Notes: a model not told the origin generated them from the sequence alone. A stretch of DNA of 64,000 nucleotides from Candidatus Giovannonibacteria bacterium RIFCSPLOWO2_02_FULL_45_28 (GCA_001780725.1 MFIM01000028.1:10368-74367), one strand, 5' to 3'. Shown: positions 47,763-58,725, counted from the stretch's first letter. Made by a program: numbers and translations.

Positions 47763-49343
47763 TTATCTGATCTTCGGCAATAAATCAACGCCGGTCATGT
47801 CGGCGGGTTTTTTGAGCCCCATTATGCCTAAAAGCGTGGGTGCGACGTCGGTAAGCACGCCTTTTGTTTCTGTGTAGCGCGAAAAAATTTCAACATCGGG
47901 GCGCGGCTTTTTATTTTTTAAATCCTCTGCAATCACAAAAAGCGGCACAGGGTTGGCGGTGTGTTTTGTGCGCTTCTCGCCGGATGCCGAATAAGCCTTT
48001 TCTTCCGCATTTCCGTGGTCAGCGGTAATTATCAACGCTCCGCCGACTTCCAATATTTTGCTTGCCAATCTGCCAATTGAAAAATCCACTGTTTCAATTG
48101 CTTTGACGGTCGCCTCAAAATTTCCCGTATGCCCAACCATATCGCCGTTGGCAAAATTTACCAAAACAAAATCATATTTAAGAATATTTTCCAGAATTGT
48201 GTCGGTAATTTTTGCCGCAGACATCTCCGGAGTCTGGTCAAAATGCGCAGACCTTGGAGACGGCACCAAAATTCTTTCTTCGCCGGAATAAGGAGTTTCT
48301 TTGCCGCCGTTAAAAAAATAAGTAATGTGGGCATATTTTTCCGTCTCGGCGATGTGAAGCTGCAAAAGCCCAGCCTCAGAGATAACTCTGGTAACAGGCC
48401 ACGAAACATCAAGCGGCGGAAAAGCAACGGTGACCGGGAAGCGCTTGTCATACTCCGTCATCGTCACAAAAAAAAGATTATTTATTTTTTCCCGCGGAAA
48501 TCCGGAAAAATCATCCGAAACAAACGCGGAGGTAAGCTCGCGCACCGAATCTTCCCTGTAGTTATAGAAAATCACCGCGTCTCCAGCTTCTATTCGCCCG
48601 TCTTTTTTGTCCGAAGCGGCCGGCGGGATTAGTTCGTCAGTTATTTCTTCAGCATAAGATGATTCGGCGTACTCGGCCGCGTCTTTAAATTTCAGGCAAT
48701 CGCCAGCCGTTAGGCACTTGTAAACTTTTTCAATCCGATCCCAATTTTCATCTCTGTCCATGGCAAAATTGCGGCCGGACAGGGTCGCAATTTTGGCAAA
48801 AGGATATCGCACGCCGATTCTTTCTTCCAGTTGCCGCACAAATGCCGCAGCTTCTTTGGTCGGCGCGTCTTTGCCGTCGGTGAATAAATGCAAATAAACG
48901 CGCTCCAGTTTTTGGCGGCTGCAAAAATCCAAAAGAGCATAAAGGTGATCCGGGTATGCATGCACCGAGCCCGAAGAAAACAAACCCATAAGATGAAGCT
49001 TGCCTGTCTCGTCGTTGCCCCTTTTCACAAAATTAACAGCATCTAAAAATGCCTGATTTTGGAAAAAAGATCCGTTGTGAATTGATGTAATGATTCGCGG
49101 GAGATGGTGATAGAGGGGTTTACCGGCACCAATAGTAAGGTGTCCGACTTCGGAGTTTCCCTCTTCTCCCCACGGCAGACCTACCGAAATTCCGGAGGCC
49201 TGCAAGGTCGTAAAAGGATACAGTTTTTCTAATTCGCGAAAAGTCGGCATTTTGGCATATTTCCAAGTTGATTCCGGATTTGAAATATTCACCCCGAATC
49301 CGTCCAAAACCGCAAGAACGACCGGTTTATATTTTTTCGCCAT
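47763..49343 (-). CDS. gpmI: 2,3-bisphosphoglycerate-independent phosphoglycerate mutase
   Basis: LDGFG, GNSEVGH, AETEKYAH, DMVGHTG, TADHGN. Confidence 0.96.
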   Translation of the reverse strand: MAKKYKPVVLAVLDGFGVNISNPESTWKYAKMPTFRELEKLYPFTTLQASGISVGLPWGEEGNSEVGHLTIGAGKPLYHHLPRIITSIHNGSFFQNQAFLDAVNFVKRGNDETGKLHLMGLFSSGSVHAYPDHLYALLDFCSRQKLERVYLHLFTDGKDAPTKEAAAFVRQLEERIGVRYPFAKIATLSGRNFAMDRDENWDRIEKVYKCLTAGDCLKFKDAAEYAESSYAEEITDELIPPAASDKKDGRIEAGDAVIFYNYREDSVRELTSAFVSDDFSGFPREKINNLFFVTMTEYDKRFPVTVAFPPLDVSWPVTRVISEAGLLQLHIAETEKYAHITYFFNGGKETPYSGEERILVPSPRSAHFDQTPEMSAAKITDTILENILKYDFVLVNFANGDMVGHTGNFEATVKAIETVDFSIGRLASKILEVGGALIITADHGNAEEKAYSASGEKRTKHTANPVPLFVIAEDLKNKKPRPDVEIFSRYTETKGVLTDVAPTLLGIMGLKKPADMTGVDLLPKIR

Positions 49344-49465
49344 AGATTGGCTTCATTGTAGCACGCCGTACGCGGTTGACTCCAGAAACAGGATTTGCTA
49401 GAATCTGGTTATAAAGATGTCAAACATGTTATTAATCTTAAAAAAGATAGAAATAAACAAAATTT

Positions 49466-50992
49466 ATGACTATACTTACGCTTGTAAAAGCGGCTATTGT
49501 GCTTGTAGCAGGCACGGCCGCAGGTTACTTTCTGCGCAAACTAATCGCCCAGCAGCGAAAGGATACTTTAGAGCTTAAAGCTAAGCAAATATTACTGGAT
49601 GCCAAGGAAAACGCCCAAAAAGCTTTGGACGAGGCCAAAGCGCGCGCCGATAAAATCTTGGCGGAGGCCAAAGAGGAAGAAAAAAACCGCGAAAGAGAAC
49701 TTCGGCGTACTGAAGAGCGCCTTGCGCACAAAGACGAAATTTTGGAAAAAAAATCCGCAGAACTGGACAAAGAATCCGAAAACCTGCAAGAAAAATTTGA
49801 AAAGGTGAGAGCGATGAAAGAGCAGCTGGAAAAAATAGAGGTTGAGAAAAAAGAAGAGCTCGCCAGAGTGGCAAAACTTACGGAAGAAGAAGCCAGGACT
49901 AAACTGATTGAAGATGTGGAGAAGAAATACGAAAAAGACATTTTAGCCAAAGTCCAAAAAATAGAACAATTCGGTCTGGAAACATTAGAAAAAAAGGCTC
50001 GTGATATTTTAGCTTCCATTATCCAGCGTGTTGCCTCTTCCACGGCCTCGGAAGTCACCGTGACTTCCGTCGCAATACCGTCTGATGATCTGAAAGGTAA
50101 AATTATCGGCAAAGAAGGCCGCAATATCCGCGCGTTTGAACGCGCCGCCGGAGTAGAACTCATTGTTGACGATACGCCGGGGGTAATTTTAATTTCAAGT
50201 TTTGACCCGGTGCGCAGGCAAATCGCGCGAGTAGCGTTGGAAAATTTGATTTTGGATGGGAGAGTCCAGCCGGCGAGGATTGAGGAGATGGTGGAAAAAG
50301 CCAGAGTTGAAATTGAAAAAATAATAAAAGAAGCTGGAGAAAAATCAGCTTACGAAGTGGGGGCGCTGGATGTTGACCCGAGGCTCCTCATGCTTTTGGG
50401 GCGGCTTAAATTCAGGACTTCCTACGGGCAGAATGTTCTTCAGCATTCAATTGAAATGGCGCACATTGCCGGGATGCTGGCTTCGGAGCTTAAAGCGGAC
50501 GTAGCTATCGCAAAAAAGGGAGCGCTTTTGCACGACATCGGCAAGGCTGTTGACCATGAAATTCAGGGAACGCACGTTGAGATTGGCCGGAGAATCTTGC
50601 AGAAATTCAACGTTGACCAGCGCATTATCCAAGCGATGCAATCGCACCACGAAGAATATCCTTATGAAACATTGGAATCAATTATTGTGCAGACGGCGGA
50701 CGCGATTTCGGCTTCGCGCCCCGGAGCACGGCGTGATTCTGTTGAGAATTATTTAAAGAGACTGGAAGACTTGGAGGGTATTGCGAATTCGTTTGCCGGA
50801 GTTGAAAAGTCTTATGCGATTCAGGCGGGGCGCGAGATAAGAGTTTTCATAACTCCGGAAAAAATTACCGATTTGGAAGCCAAAAAAATGGCGAGGGACA
50901 TTGCCGACCGTATTGAATCCGAATTAAAATACCCCGGAGAAATCAAAGTGAATGTGATAAGAGAACTCCGCGCAATTGAATACGCGAGGTAG
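49466..50992 (+). CDS. rny: Ribonuclease Y
   Basis: N-terminal TM, coiled coil, KH (IIGKEGRNI), HD (LLHDIGK). Confidence 0.97.
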   Translation: MTILTLVKAAIVLVAGTAAGYFLRKLIAQQRKDTLELKAKQILLDAKENAQKALDEAKARADKILAEAKEEEKNRERELRRTEERLAHKDEILEKKSAELDKESENLQEKFEKVRAMKEQLEKIEVEKKEELARVAKLTEEEARTKLIEDVEKKYEKDILAKVQKIEQFGLETLEKKARDILASIIQRVASSTASEVTVTSVAIPSDDLKGKIIGKEGRNIRAFERAAGVELIVDDTPGVILISSFDPVRRQIARVALENLILDGRVQPARIEEMVEKARVEIEKIIKEAGEKSAYEVGALDVDPRLLMLLGRLKFRTSYGQNVLQHSIEMAHIAGMLASELKADVAIAKKGALLHDIGKAVDHEIQGTHVEIGRRILQKFNVDQRIIQAMQSHHEEYPYETLESIIVQTADAISASRPGARRDSVENYLKRLEDLEGIANSFAGVEKSYAIQAGREIRVFITPEKITDLEAKKMARDIADRIESELKYPGEIKVNVIRELRAIEYAR

Positions 50993-51011
50993 AAATTAAA
51001 AAGCCGGAAGA

Positions 51012-51419
51012 TCAATCTTCCAGCTTGATTTTTAACCACCAAGCTCCTTCCACCCACTTCTCGCTAACCAGTGCTGTGTATTGGCCAGCTTTGATGTAAA
51101 AGCATTTTTCGCCGATTTTTTCAGAAAGATCAGCAAGCATTTTTAAGAGCTTGGGAATTTTTTCTTTTCCTAGAAAAGATACTTCGTATTCCGTCAAATC
51201 ATCTATCTGACCCTTCCAATGGCCGCGGATTCCGGAATGCCTCACAGTGAAGGCCTCGAAATTTTTTTTAAGAAACTTTTCGAGATATTTCTCAACGGTC
51301 GCTTTTCCAACTTTAACCTGTAGCTTGCCTATTGGCACAAGAAACACCGCTGGCCTTCCCAAATCAATAATTTCATAATCATCCGATTTTTGAAAAGCTC
51401 GCCATTTGCTTTGTTTCAT
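51012..51419 (-). CDS. Hypothetical protein
   Basis: 135 aa ORF filling an intergenic gap. Confidence 0.6.
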   Translation of the reverse strand: MKQSKWRAFQKSDDYEIIDLGRPAVFLVPIGKLQVKVGKATVEKYLEKFLKKNFEAFTVRHSGIRGHWKGQIDDLTEYEVSFLGKEKIPKLLKMLADLSEKIGEKCFYIKAGQYTALVSEKWVEGAWWLKIKLED

Positions 51420-51557
51420 ATTACCAAAGCCCCTCTCTATAAAAAGATAACATATAATCTATAGCATTGTCAACAGCGCGTACAGTTAACCTTATGAGGT
51501 GACAATCTTGCGCGATTGGGGTGACAAAGGTTAACCATCCCGCAGGCAGGTAAAATG

Positions 51558-51641
51558 TGCCCGAGGTGGGAGTCGAACCCACACGACCTTGCGGTCACAC
51601 GATTTTGAGTCGTGCGCGTAAACCAATTCCGCCACTCGGGC
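51558..51641 (-). tRNA. tRNA-Leu(CAA)
   Basis: Reverse complement GCCCGAG...CACGA-CTCAAAA-TCGTG...CTCGGGCA. Confidence 0.93.
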
Positions 51642-51683
51642 TTATGTATTTACAAATTTCTTTGTTTTGTTATTTTAAACATA

Positions 51684-52535
51684 ATGGACGAAAAAATCAA
51701 TAAAGTTAAGGAATCCGTTTTTTGGATAGAGCTTGAGAAAATAAAGCCTAATCCTTTTCAGCCGCGCCGCGAATTTGACGAAGCGACTTTAAAAGAGCTT
51801 GCAGAGTCTATCCGCGAATACGGCGTTTTGCAGCCGATTGTTGTGACAAGAAAAGAGGTGGTCAGTCCCGATGTGGTATCAGGATCCGTGCTTGCTGTTG
51901 AGTACGAACTGCTCGCCGGAGAGCGGAGGTTAAGAGCCGCCAAAATGGCTGGCATTCATCATATCCCGTCGGTAATTAGGGAAGAGACGACCGACAAAGC
52001 CAAATTGGAAATTGCGCTTATTGAAAACCTTCAGCGCGAAGATTTAAATCCAATTGATAGAGCTTTGGCGTTCAAAAAATTGGTTGATGAGTTCGGAATG
52101 CTGCAAAGAGAAGTTGCCGGGAGGGTTGGAAAAAGCAGGGAAGTCGTTGCAAATACATTAAGGCTCTTGACGCTGCCGGAGGATATGCGGCAAGGGGTTG
52201 CAGTTGGAGCAATAACCGAGGGGCATACGCGGCCACTTCTTATGCTTGCTGGGCATCCGGAAGACCAGAAAAATCTTTATACGAAAATCGTGGCAGACAA
52301 ACTTTCTGTCAGAGATGCCGAGTTGGCAGCTAGAAATATCGCAAAAGATCGCGCCAGAGCTGCGCTTGATCCGGAAACGCGCATGCTTCAGGAGAAGTTG
52401 GAAAACGCGCTTGGCACACGGGTCAACATCTCGCGCAACGGCCCAAAAGGCAAAATCTCAATAGAATTTTTTTCTGAAGAAGAACTCAAATCCATTTCCG
52501 AACGCATCGTCCCGCCAGCGGCTATGATGGCTTAA
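51684..52535 (+). CDS. parB: ParB/Spo0J partition protein
   Basis: PNPFQPR, AGERRLRA, ENLQREDL, HTH. Confidence 0.95.
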   Translation: MDEKINKVKESVFWIELEKIKPNPFQPRREFDEATLKELAESIREYGVLQPIVVTRKEVVSPDVVSGSVLAVEYELLAGERRLRAAKMAGIHHIPSVIREETTDKAKLEIALIENLQREDLNPIDRALAFKKLVDEFGMLQREVAGRVGKSREVVANTLRLLTLPEDMRQGVAVGAITEGHTRPLLMLAGHPEDQKNLYTKIVADKLSVRDAELAARNIAKDRARAALDPETRMLQEKLENALGTRVNISRNGPKGKISIEFFSEEELKSISERIVPPAAMMA

Positions 52536-54240
52536 GCTTTTCTTTTATAGCAACGCTTTCCACGTTTTTAATTTGGAGTAAAGCCATGAGGATTTTAGAG
52601 TCCGGCATGGTCTTTTTCGGATGAAAACCGATAACGATGCGATGGTGGTCACGGGAAAGCGCCCCAGATTTTGTCTCGGTGATATTAATTTTTAAATTGG
52701 AAAACGCCGAGGAGATATCCCGCAAAAGCCCGACACGGTCTTTCACTGTGATTATTGCTTCAAAAATCTCCTTTTTCTTCGGCGGTGTGCCTTCTTTCAG
52801 CCCAAGCTTGCGCAAAAACGATCTTATGCGGTTTTTGGCCAGAGATGTTTTGGCAAAATCTAGCCAATCAGCTGTCGGCCTTTTGTTTTTTTGCGTAAGA
52901 ATTTCTACTGTATTGCCGGATTTCAACTGATGCGAAAATGGTACCATTTTGCCATCCACTTTCGCTCCGGACATATGGTCCCCGATCTCGGAGTGCACGT
53001 GGTAAGCAAAATCAACCGGCGTGGCGCTCTCCGGCAGATCTACCACCTCGCCTTTCGGAGTCAAAACAAAAATTCTATCCTTAAAAAAATCAATTTTGAG
53101 CGCGGAGAGTGTTTCAGAAGATGATTCGCCGGCATGCTCGCGCTGCCATTCCTGGAGCTGGCGCACCCAAGTAAATCTTTTATCATCTATTTTTTTTGCT
53201 TGTTTGCCAGAGGAATCGTAAAACCAATGGGCGGCAATACCGCTTTCTGCTTCCTGATCCATCGCCTCCGTTCGCATTTGAAAGTCTATTTTCTTTTTTT
53301 CCGGACCGAAGACTGTAGTGTGCAGCGATCTGTATCCATTGGGTTTCGGCAGTGCTATATAATCTTTTATCCTGCCTGGCATTGGCCGCCAAAGTTTGTG
53401 GATAACTCCGAGCGCGCGGTAGCAATCTTCATTATTTTTTAAAATAATTCTCATAGCCACCAGATCAAGAATCCTGTCAAAATTCATTTCGTACTTAACC
53501 AGTTTTTTCCAGATGCTGTAAAGATGTTTTGCGCGATATATTATTTTGATCGGTTCAACACTTTCTTTTTTAAGCTCCATCTCAACGATTGGTTTTAATC
53601 TTTCCAGATATTTTTCTCCTTCTTCGCGGCGATGCTTAGTTTGGCTGGCTACCCATTTGTATTCTTCGGGATAAATATACGGAAATGCCAAATCTTCCAA
53701 TTTGGCTTTTGTTTCCCACATTCCGAGCCTGTCCGCAAGCGGGGCGTACAGCTCCAGCGTTTCTAAGGCGATCCTTTTTTGTTTTTCTTGCGGAAGATAA
53801 GACAGGGTTTCCATGTTGTGCATCCTGTCCATTAGTTTTATGATGACAACCCTGATGTCTTCGGCGAGAGCCAAAAACATTTTCCGCAAAGATTCCACGG
53901 CGCGTTCAACGCCTTTGTATTGAACGCGCTCAACTTTAGTTAAAGCCTCAACCAAAAAAGCAATTTCTTCGCCGAATTTGTTTTTTATTTCTTCTATTTT
54001 TATTCCTTGATTTTCCATCACGTCATGCAAAAGCGCGGCGGCAACAGCATTTGCGTCAAGCCGCAAAAGAGCGGCGTTTAAAGAAACTGCAATCGGGTGA
54101 GTTATATAAGGTTCGCCTGACTCCCTTTTTTCTCCGGCGTGCGCTTCGGACGCGAATTCAAACGCCGATTTTATAGTAGCGATTGCGCCATTTTTATATC
54201 CAAGCTCACGCAATTTTTTTTCATATTCCTCCCAAGACAT
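52522..54240 (-). CDS. RelA/SpoT family (p)ppGpp synthetase/hydrolase (HD, synthetase, TGS, ACT)
   Basis: SGEPYITHP, LHD, KPNGYRSLHT, TPVDFAY. Confidence 0.94.
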   Translation of the reverse strand: MSWEEYEKKLRELGYKNGAIATIKSAFEFASEAHAGEKRESGEPYITHPIAVSLNAALLRLDANAVAAALLHDVMENQGIKIEEIKNKFGEEIAFLVEALTKVERVQYKGVERAVESLRKMFLALAEDIRVVIIKLMDRMHNMETLSYLPQEKQKRIALETLELYAPLADRLGMWETKAKLEDLAFPYIYPEEYKWVASQTKHRREEGEKYLERLKPIVEMELKKESVEPIKIIYRAKHLYSIWKKLVKYEMNFDRILDLVAMRIILKNNEDCYRALGVIHKLWRPMPGRIKDYIALPKPNGYRSLHTTVFGPEKKKIDFQMRTEAMDQEAESGIAAHWFYDSSGKQAKKIDDKRFTWVRQLQEWQREHAGESSSETLSALKIDFFKDRIFVLTPKGEVVDLPESATPVDFAYHVHSEIGDHMSGAKVDGKMVPFSHQLKSGNTVEILTQKNKRPTADWLDFAKTSLAKNRIRSFLRKLGLKEGTPPKKKEIFEAIITVKDRVGLLRDISSAFSNLKINITETKSGALSRDHHRIVIGFHPKKTMPDSKILMALLQIKNVESVAIKEKLKPS

Positions 54241-54299
54241 GTATTTACACTCTAGCGCGCGGTTTTGAGATTGACAACTTTACTGTATTAGCTAGAGTA

Positions 54300-55364
54300 A
54301 TGGAAGATTTTGGAAGGATTATGAAATTCACCGACCCATTGCCACATGAAGCCGAGATCATTAAGAATTACGAATATCTCGAAAAGTATCTACCCAAGCT
54401 TTTGGGAGAGCGAGTTAGAATTGACGAGAGAGCTTTGGGGAATTATGCATTTTCGCTCGGACTTAGAAAGAAAGTTGTTGAGCATTGGACAATACCAGGA
54501 ATGTATCCGTTAGATGACATGGCTTTTGCCAGGTTTATATTTTGGACGGGACTAGTCAACTTCGCGTATTGGCTTGACGGCAATCCGGAAGGAAGAAAAA
54601 AGTTTGAATTTGAAAATCCAAATGGGAAACCTTTTAGTGGCGCATTCGCACTGGATAAATGCTTTTATCGGGCTTTCGGAGAGCGCGCAATAACCTCGGA
54701 TATGATTGAGCCGCATTTTGAGTCCATGGAAAAAGCCCGCATTTTTTTCAAAGGCCTTTGCGACATTCCGTTTCTGGAGTGGAGATATTGGAATATGCGC
54801 GAGGCTCTGGATGTTTTAAAAAAACATTTTAACAAAGATCCGATTAATATTTACGAGGAGGCACGGTGGGATGTGAAAAAACTTGTTGCCTTGCTTGTTT
54901 TGCGGTTTCCTTTGGCTTTCGGCGGGGATGTTACTACTCTTAATTTATACAATACTTCCCCTAAAGCTTCCGGACACAAAATTCTTAGCTTCCCGTTTTA
55001 TAAATTAGCGAAACTTTTGCCGGTTTTGTATCAAGGTAGGGCGCTAAGACCCGGCAGTTCTTTGAGCAAACTCGTCAACACCGAAACCATCGTTGCAATA
55101 TGTGATTATGAGGTTCCGAAAGCCCTGCGGCATGCCGGCGTTTTGGTTTACGGAGAAGAATTGGCACAAAAAGTTGATACTGAAAAAGTTATCCATAGGC
55201 ACAGCTTGGATGAACTGGCAATCAGGGCCGCCAACACCGTAGCTAACTACGAAATTCTGAAGCGCCTTGAAAACTGGGACATTGTTGCGTTGGATTTCGC
55301 CCAATGGTCTTCCGGTAAGGCATCCGCAAAACCGCATCATCGCACCCCAACACCGGCTTATTGA
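54300..55364 (+). CDS. Queuosine salvage family protein (DUF2419/QNG1-like)
   Basis: NFAYW, FYK, CDYEVP..L...GVLVY, ELAIRA, LD...W, HHRT...Y; start may be 54321. Confidence 0.75.
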   Translation: MEDFGRIMKFTDPLPHEAEIIKNYEYLEKYLPKLLGERVRIDERALGNYAFSLGLRKKVVEHWTIPGMYPLDDMAFARFIFWTGLVNFAYWLDGNPEGRKKFEFENPNGKPFSGAFALDKCFYRAFGERAITSDMIEPHFESMEKARIFFKGLCDIPFLEWRYWNMREALDVLKKHFNKDPINIYEEARWDVKKLVALLVLRFPLAFGGDVTTLNLYNTSPKASGHKILSFPFYKLAKLLPVLYQGRALRPGSSLSKLVNTETIVAICDYEVPKALRHAGVLVYGEELAQKVDTEKVIHRHSLDELAIRAANTVANYEILKRLENWDIVALDFAQWSSGKASAKPHHRTPTPAY

Positions 55365-55443
55365 TCCCGCACCTTTTATCAAAGGTGCTGGATTGACAGC
55401 CGGTTTTTTGTCCGCTAGCTTTGAGGAAGAGAGGAGAATTGAG

Positions 55444-55752
55444 ATGGAAAAATGGTGCGGGAAGCATGTTCCTGATTTGACTGGGTGCTGCGCAGTACAC
55501 TACACTGGGCTACGAGAACTTCATGACCATGAGCTGAAGGCAACTTTCTTTATTGGGGCCGTGTTTTATTGTCCCGAAATCGGCTGTGATTTTTTTGATT
55601 TGGATGTTGATGATGATGTGGTTGTAAAAGATGTGTTTGGTTTGAATAAATTTGGTTTGAATAAAGCGTACGGCCGCGCCATTTTAGACAATGTGGTGCG
55701 CATCAAAATTCTTTTTCACAAGCTTGGCCAGCGCGAAGGAGACGGAAAATAA
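55444..55752 (+). CDS. Hypothetical protein
   Basis: GAGGAG SD; Cys/His-rich N-terminus. Confidence 0.5.
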   Translation: MEKWCGKHVPDLTGCCAVHYTGLRELHDHELKATFFIGAVFYCPEIGCDFFDLDVDDDVVVKDVFGLNKFGLNKAYGRAILDNVVRIKILFHKLGQREGDGK

Positions 55753-55762
55753 TAAAATGATT

Positions 55763-57982
55763 TTAAACCTCTTTGGGGGTTTTTTCTTTCGCCACCACCC
55801 TTTTATTTTTCGGAGGTTTTAATTTCCATTGCGCGAGCGCTTCGTCCAATTCAGCTTGGCTTTCCGGTTTTTTGCCCATCAGAAAAGTGCAATCGGGAAA
55901 GCGGGAGCATGCGTAAAAAACCTTGCCCCGTCCGCGGGATTTTTTTTCAACGACGTCGCCAGTGCCGCAGTTGGGGCATTTAAAGCCGGTTTTATTGTGA
56001 ATTTTCATAACTCCTTTGCATTTTGGATAATCAACGCAACCGAGGAAATATCCAAACCGGCCGCGTTTTACCTCTAAAGGTTTTCCGCAAATGGGGCATA
56101 ATTCTCCCGCGGTTTTTTCCTGGAGCTGCTTAATTTTGGCGGCTTCCTCCGGCAAGGGAAGCGTGACTTTGCTCTCTGGATCCGGACAGGCCAGAAACTT
56201 GCCCAGCCGGCCGAATTTGATAAGCATCATTTTTCCGCAATGGGGGCATGGCGTGTCGGATGTTTCCGTCAGTTGCTCCACGCTCGCCATTTTTTCTTTA
56301 AGATTTTTGCTGAACGGCGCGTAAAATTCCTGAATTACCGGCACCCAGCCTATTTTGCCTTCGGCGATTTGGTCAAACTCTTCTTCAATGTGGGAAGTAA
56401 AATTAATATCAATAACTTCCGGAAAATTTTCAACCAGCATGTCGTTGACGGAAAAGCCGATTTCGGTAGGCTTGTATTTTTTGTTCTCCTTTTCCACATA
56501 GCCGCGGTCTTGAATGGTAGCTAATGTCGGAGCGTACGTGGACGGTCGGCCGATTCCGTAGCTTTCTAGCGTTTTAATTAGCGACGCGTCGGTGTAGCGC
56601 GGAGGCGGCTCCGTGAAGTGCTGGCCCTTGATTAAATTAACGAAGTCCAGCGCTTCTTCGGCGGATAGTTCCGGGAGCCGACCCTCCTCGTAATCGCTGT
56701 CGTCGTCTTTTTCGCCCTCCTCTTTTGTTTCGGTGTAAACCTTAATGAACCCGTCAAACTTAATGACTTGGCCGTTGGCGCGGAACGCATATTTATTTCC
56801 GGCAGATATTTCTATGGCGGTTTGGTCTAAAATCGCGGCTTGCATTTGGCATGCGAGCGTGCGTTTCCAAATTAAGTCGTAAAGTTTCAGCTGGCCGGCG
56901 TCTAACGCACCTAAGCTTTCAGGCAGGCGCGATAAATCGGTTGGACGGACGGCCTCATGTGCTTCCTGCGCTCCCTTTGATTTATTTTGGTAAAATCGCG
57001 GCTGATCCAAACAGTATTCTTTTCCAAAATTATTTTTGATAACTTCCTGTGCTTGCGCCAAAGCAACTTGCGCGATATTTAAACTATCCGTGCGCATGTA
57101 GGTGATGATGCCTGTTTCGTAGAGCCGCTGGGCGAGAATCATTGTCTGCTTGGCCGAAAATCCCAGCTTTTTCGCGGATTCTTGCTGGAGTGTAGAGGTG
57201 GTAAACGGTGGAGCCGGCGCGCGGCGGACTTCTTTTTTGGAGACTTCAACGACTTTGTATTCAGCTCCAGCCAGCCCATCGGTTATTTGTTTCGCTTCCT
57301 CCGCGTTTTTTATAGCCAATCGGTCAATCGCCTCACCGCCGATTTTAACTAACCTGGCTTTGAATTTTTTATCCTCACTTTTTTTCGCCAGCTCCGCTTC
57401 AACTGACCAATATTCTTGGGCGACGAATTTTTGGATTTCTCTCTCGCGCTCAACAACCAGGCGCACGGCAACGGATTGCACGCGCCCCGCAGAAAGGCCG
57501 GAGCGTATTTTTTTCCATAAAAACGGGGAAAGCTTGTAGCCCACGAGGCGGTCCAAAATTCTACGCGCCTGCTGGGCGTCCACCAAGTGCATATCCAAGT
57601 CCCTCGGATTTTTTAGGGCTTCTTTTATGGCGCGCTCTGTAATTTCGTGAAAAACAATTCTTTCAATATTGTCTTCGGGTCTGTCTTCCAATCCTAAGGC
57701 GGAAAGCAGATGCCAGGCGATGGCTTCACCTTCACGGTCTTCATCCGTCGCCAGAATTATTTTTTCGGCTTCGGCGGCTTTTCGCTTTAAGGCGCTTACG
57801 TTTTTCCGGGCTTTTAAGGGGATGATGTATTTTGGCGTAAAATTATTTTCTACGTCTACTCCAAGCTGGGACTTTGGCAGGTCGCGCACATGGCCGAAAC
57901 TGGATTCAATAACAAAATCTTTCCCGAGAAATCGGGAAATCGTTTTCGCTTTTGTCGGAGATTCTACTATTACAAGCTTCAT
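55763..57982 (-). CDS. topA: DNA topoisomerase I
   Basis: IVESPTK, DEDREGE, SAGRVQ, ITYMRTD, C-terminal zinc ribbons. Confidence 0.98.
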   Translation of the reverse strand: MKLVIVESPTKAKTISRFLGKDFVIESSFGHVRDLPKSQLGVDVENNFTPKYIIPLKARKNVSALKRKAAEAEKIILATDEDREGEAIAWHLLSALGLEDRPEDNIERIVFHEITERAIKEALKNPRDLDMHLVDAQQARRILDRLVGYKLSPFLWKKIRSGLSAGRVQSVAVRLVVEREREIQKFVAQEYWSVEAELAKKSEDKKFKARLVKIGGEAIDRLAIKNAEEAKQITDGLAGAEYKVVEVSKKEVRRAPAPPFTTSTLQQESAKKLGFSAKQTMILAQRLYETGIITYMRTDSLNIAQVALAQAQEVIKNNFGKEYCLDQPRFYQNKSKGAQEAHEAVRPTDLSRLPESLGALDAGQLKLYDLIWKRTLACQMQAAILDQTAIEISAGNKYAFRANGQVIKFDGFIKVYTETKEEGEKDDDSDYEEGRLPELSAEEALDFVNLIKGQHFTEPPPRYTDASLIKTLESYGIGRPSTYAPTLATIQDRGYVEKENKKYKPTEIGFSVNDMLVENFPEVIDINFTSHIEEEFDQIAEGKIGWVPVIQEFYAPFSKNLKEKMASVEQLTETSDTPCPHCGKMMLIKFGRLGKFLACPDPESKVTLPLPEEAAKIKQLQEKTAGELCPICGKPLEVKRGRFGYFLGCVDYPKCKGVMKIHNKTGFKCPNCGTGDVVEKKSRGRGKVFYACSRFPDCTFLMGKKPESQAELDEALAQWKLKPPKNKRVVAKEKTPKEV

Positions 57983-58725
57983 TTTGAATCAATAAAGTTT
58001 TTAAATTTTTTGTAAAATTGCGGTTTTTGAAGCAAAGATAGGGACAGATGGCCGCCTCGCTTTAACAATAATAACTGCGAATTTGTTTCTCTTGTAAATT
58101 TTTTAACAGGTTTATAGTTCACCACCCAGTCGTCCTTTGCATGAATAATAAAGATTTTCTTCCCGTTAACTTTTTTTACAACAGAAACCGGATTATAAAA
58201 TTTCCCATTTTTTAATTTATTCCAATCTGCCATTGAAAACCGAAAGGCCCCGCCAAATGCTTGTTTTACAAATTTGCACAACCAATCAACGGGTTCAGAT
58301 TTGCTTTTCACTCTCCAATCAACCACCGGCGAAACTGCCACAACTTTGGTGACGCGATTGTTTACAGATGTCAAAAGTGCTGCGGCGCCGCCGAAACTAC
58401 TACCTAATAAGTATATTTTACTTGGCTGAATTTTGTAGGTTTTGCCACTCCATAAATCTTTAAATCCTCTCGGTAATTGAGAAATAATCTCCAGTATGTC
58501 TTTGTGCGGCGAAACTTTTAAAAAACGCCCGCCGCTCTCCCACGTGCCGCGGTATCTTGGATAAAATACCCAATAATTCTTTTTTGCGAAAAACTCCATC
58601 AAATCAGTTTTTGCCGGTACGGAAGGCATGCCAGAGCATAAAATTATAACTTTATCTGATTTCTTTTTTGGCGGAAGAAATTCTGCGACGATTCCATTTT
58701 TAAATCTTGTGCGTAATGCGTACAT
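57979..58725 (-). CDS. Alpha/beta hydrolase
   Basis: GSSFG nucleophile, HAKDD, GGH. Confidence 0.82.
   Translation of the reverse strand: MYALRTRFKNGIVAEFLPPKKKSDKVIILCSGMPSVPAKTDLMEFFAKKNYWVFYPRYRGTWESGGRFLKVSPHKDILEIISQLPRGFKDLWSGKTYKIQPSKIYLLGSSFGGAAALLTSVNNRVTKVVAVSPVVDWRVKSKSEPVDWLCKFVKQAFGGAFRFSMADWNKLKNGKFYNPVSVVKKVNGKKIFIIHAKDDWVVNYKPVKKFTRETNSQLLLLKRGGHLSLSLLQKPQFYKKFKNFIDSK

Noticed and set aside
49525-50163. 212 aa antisense ORF in rny and similar shadow ORFs throughout the track
   Set aside because: They lie fully opposite well-supported genes, have no motifs, and are explained by codon bias.
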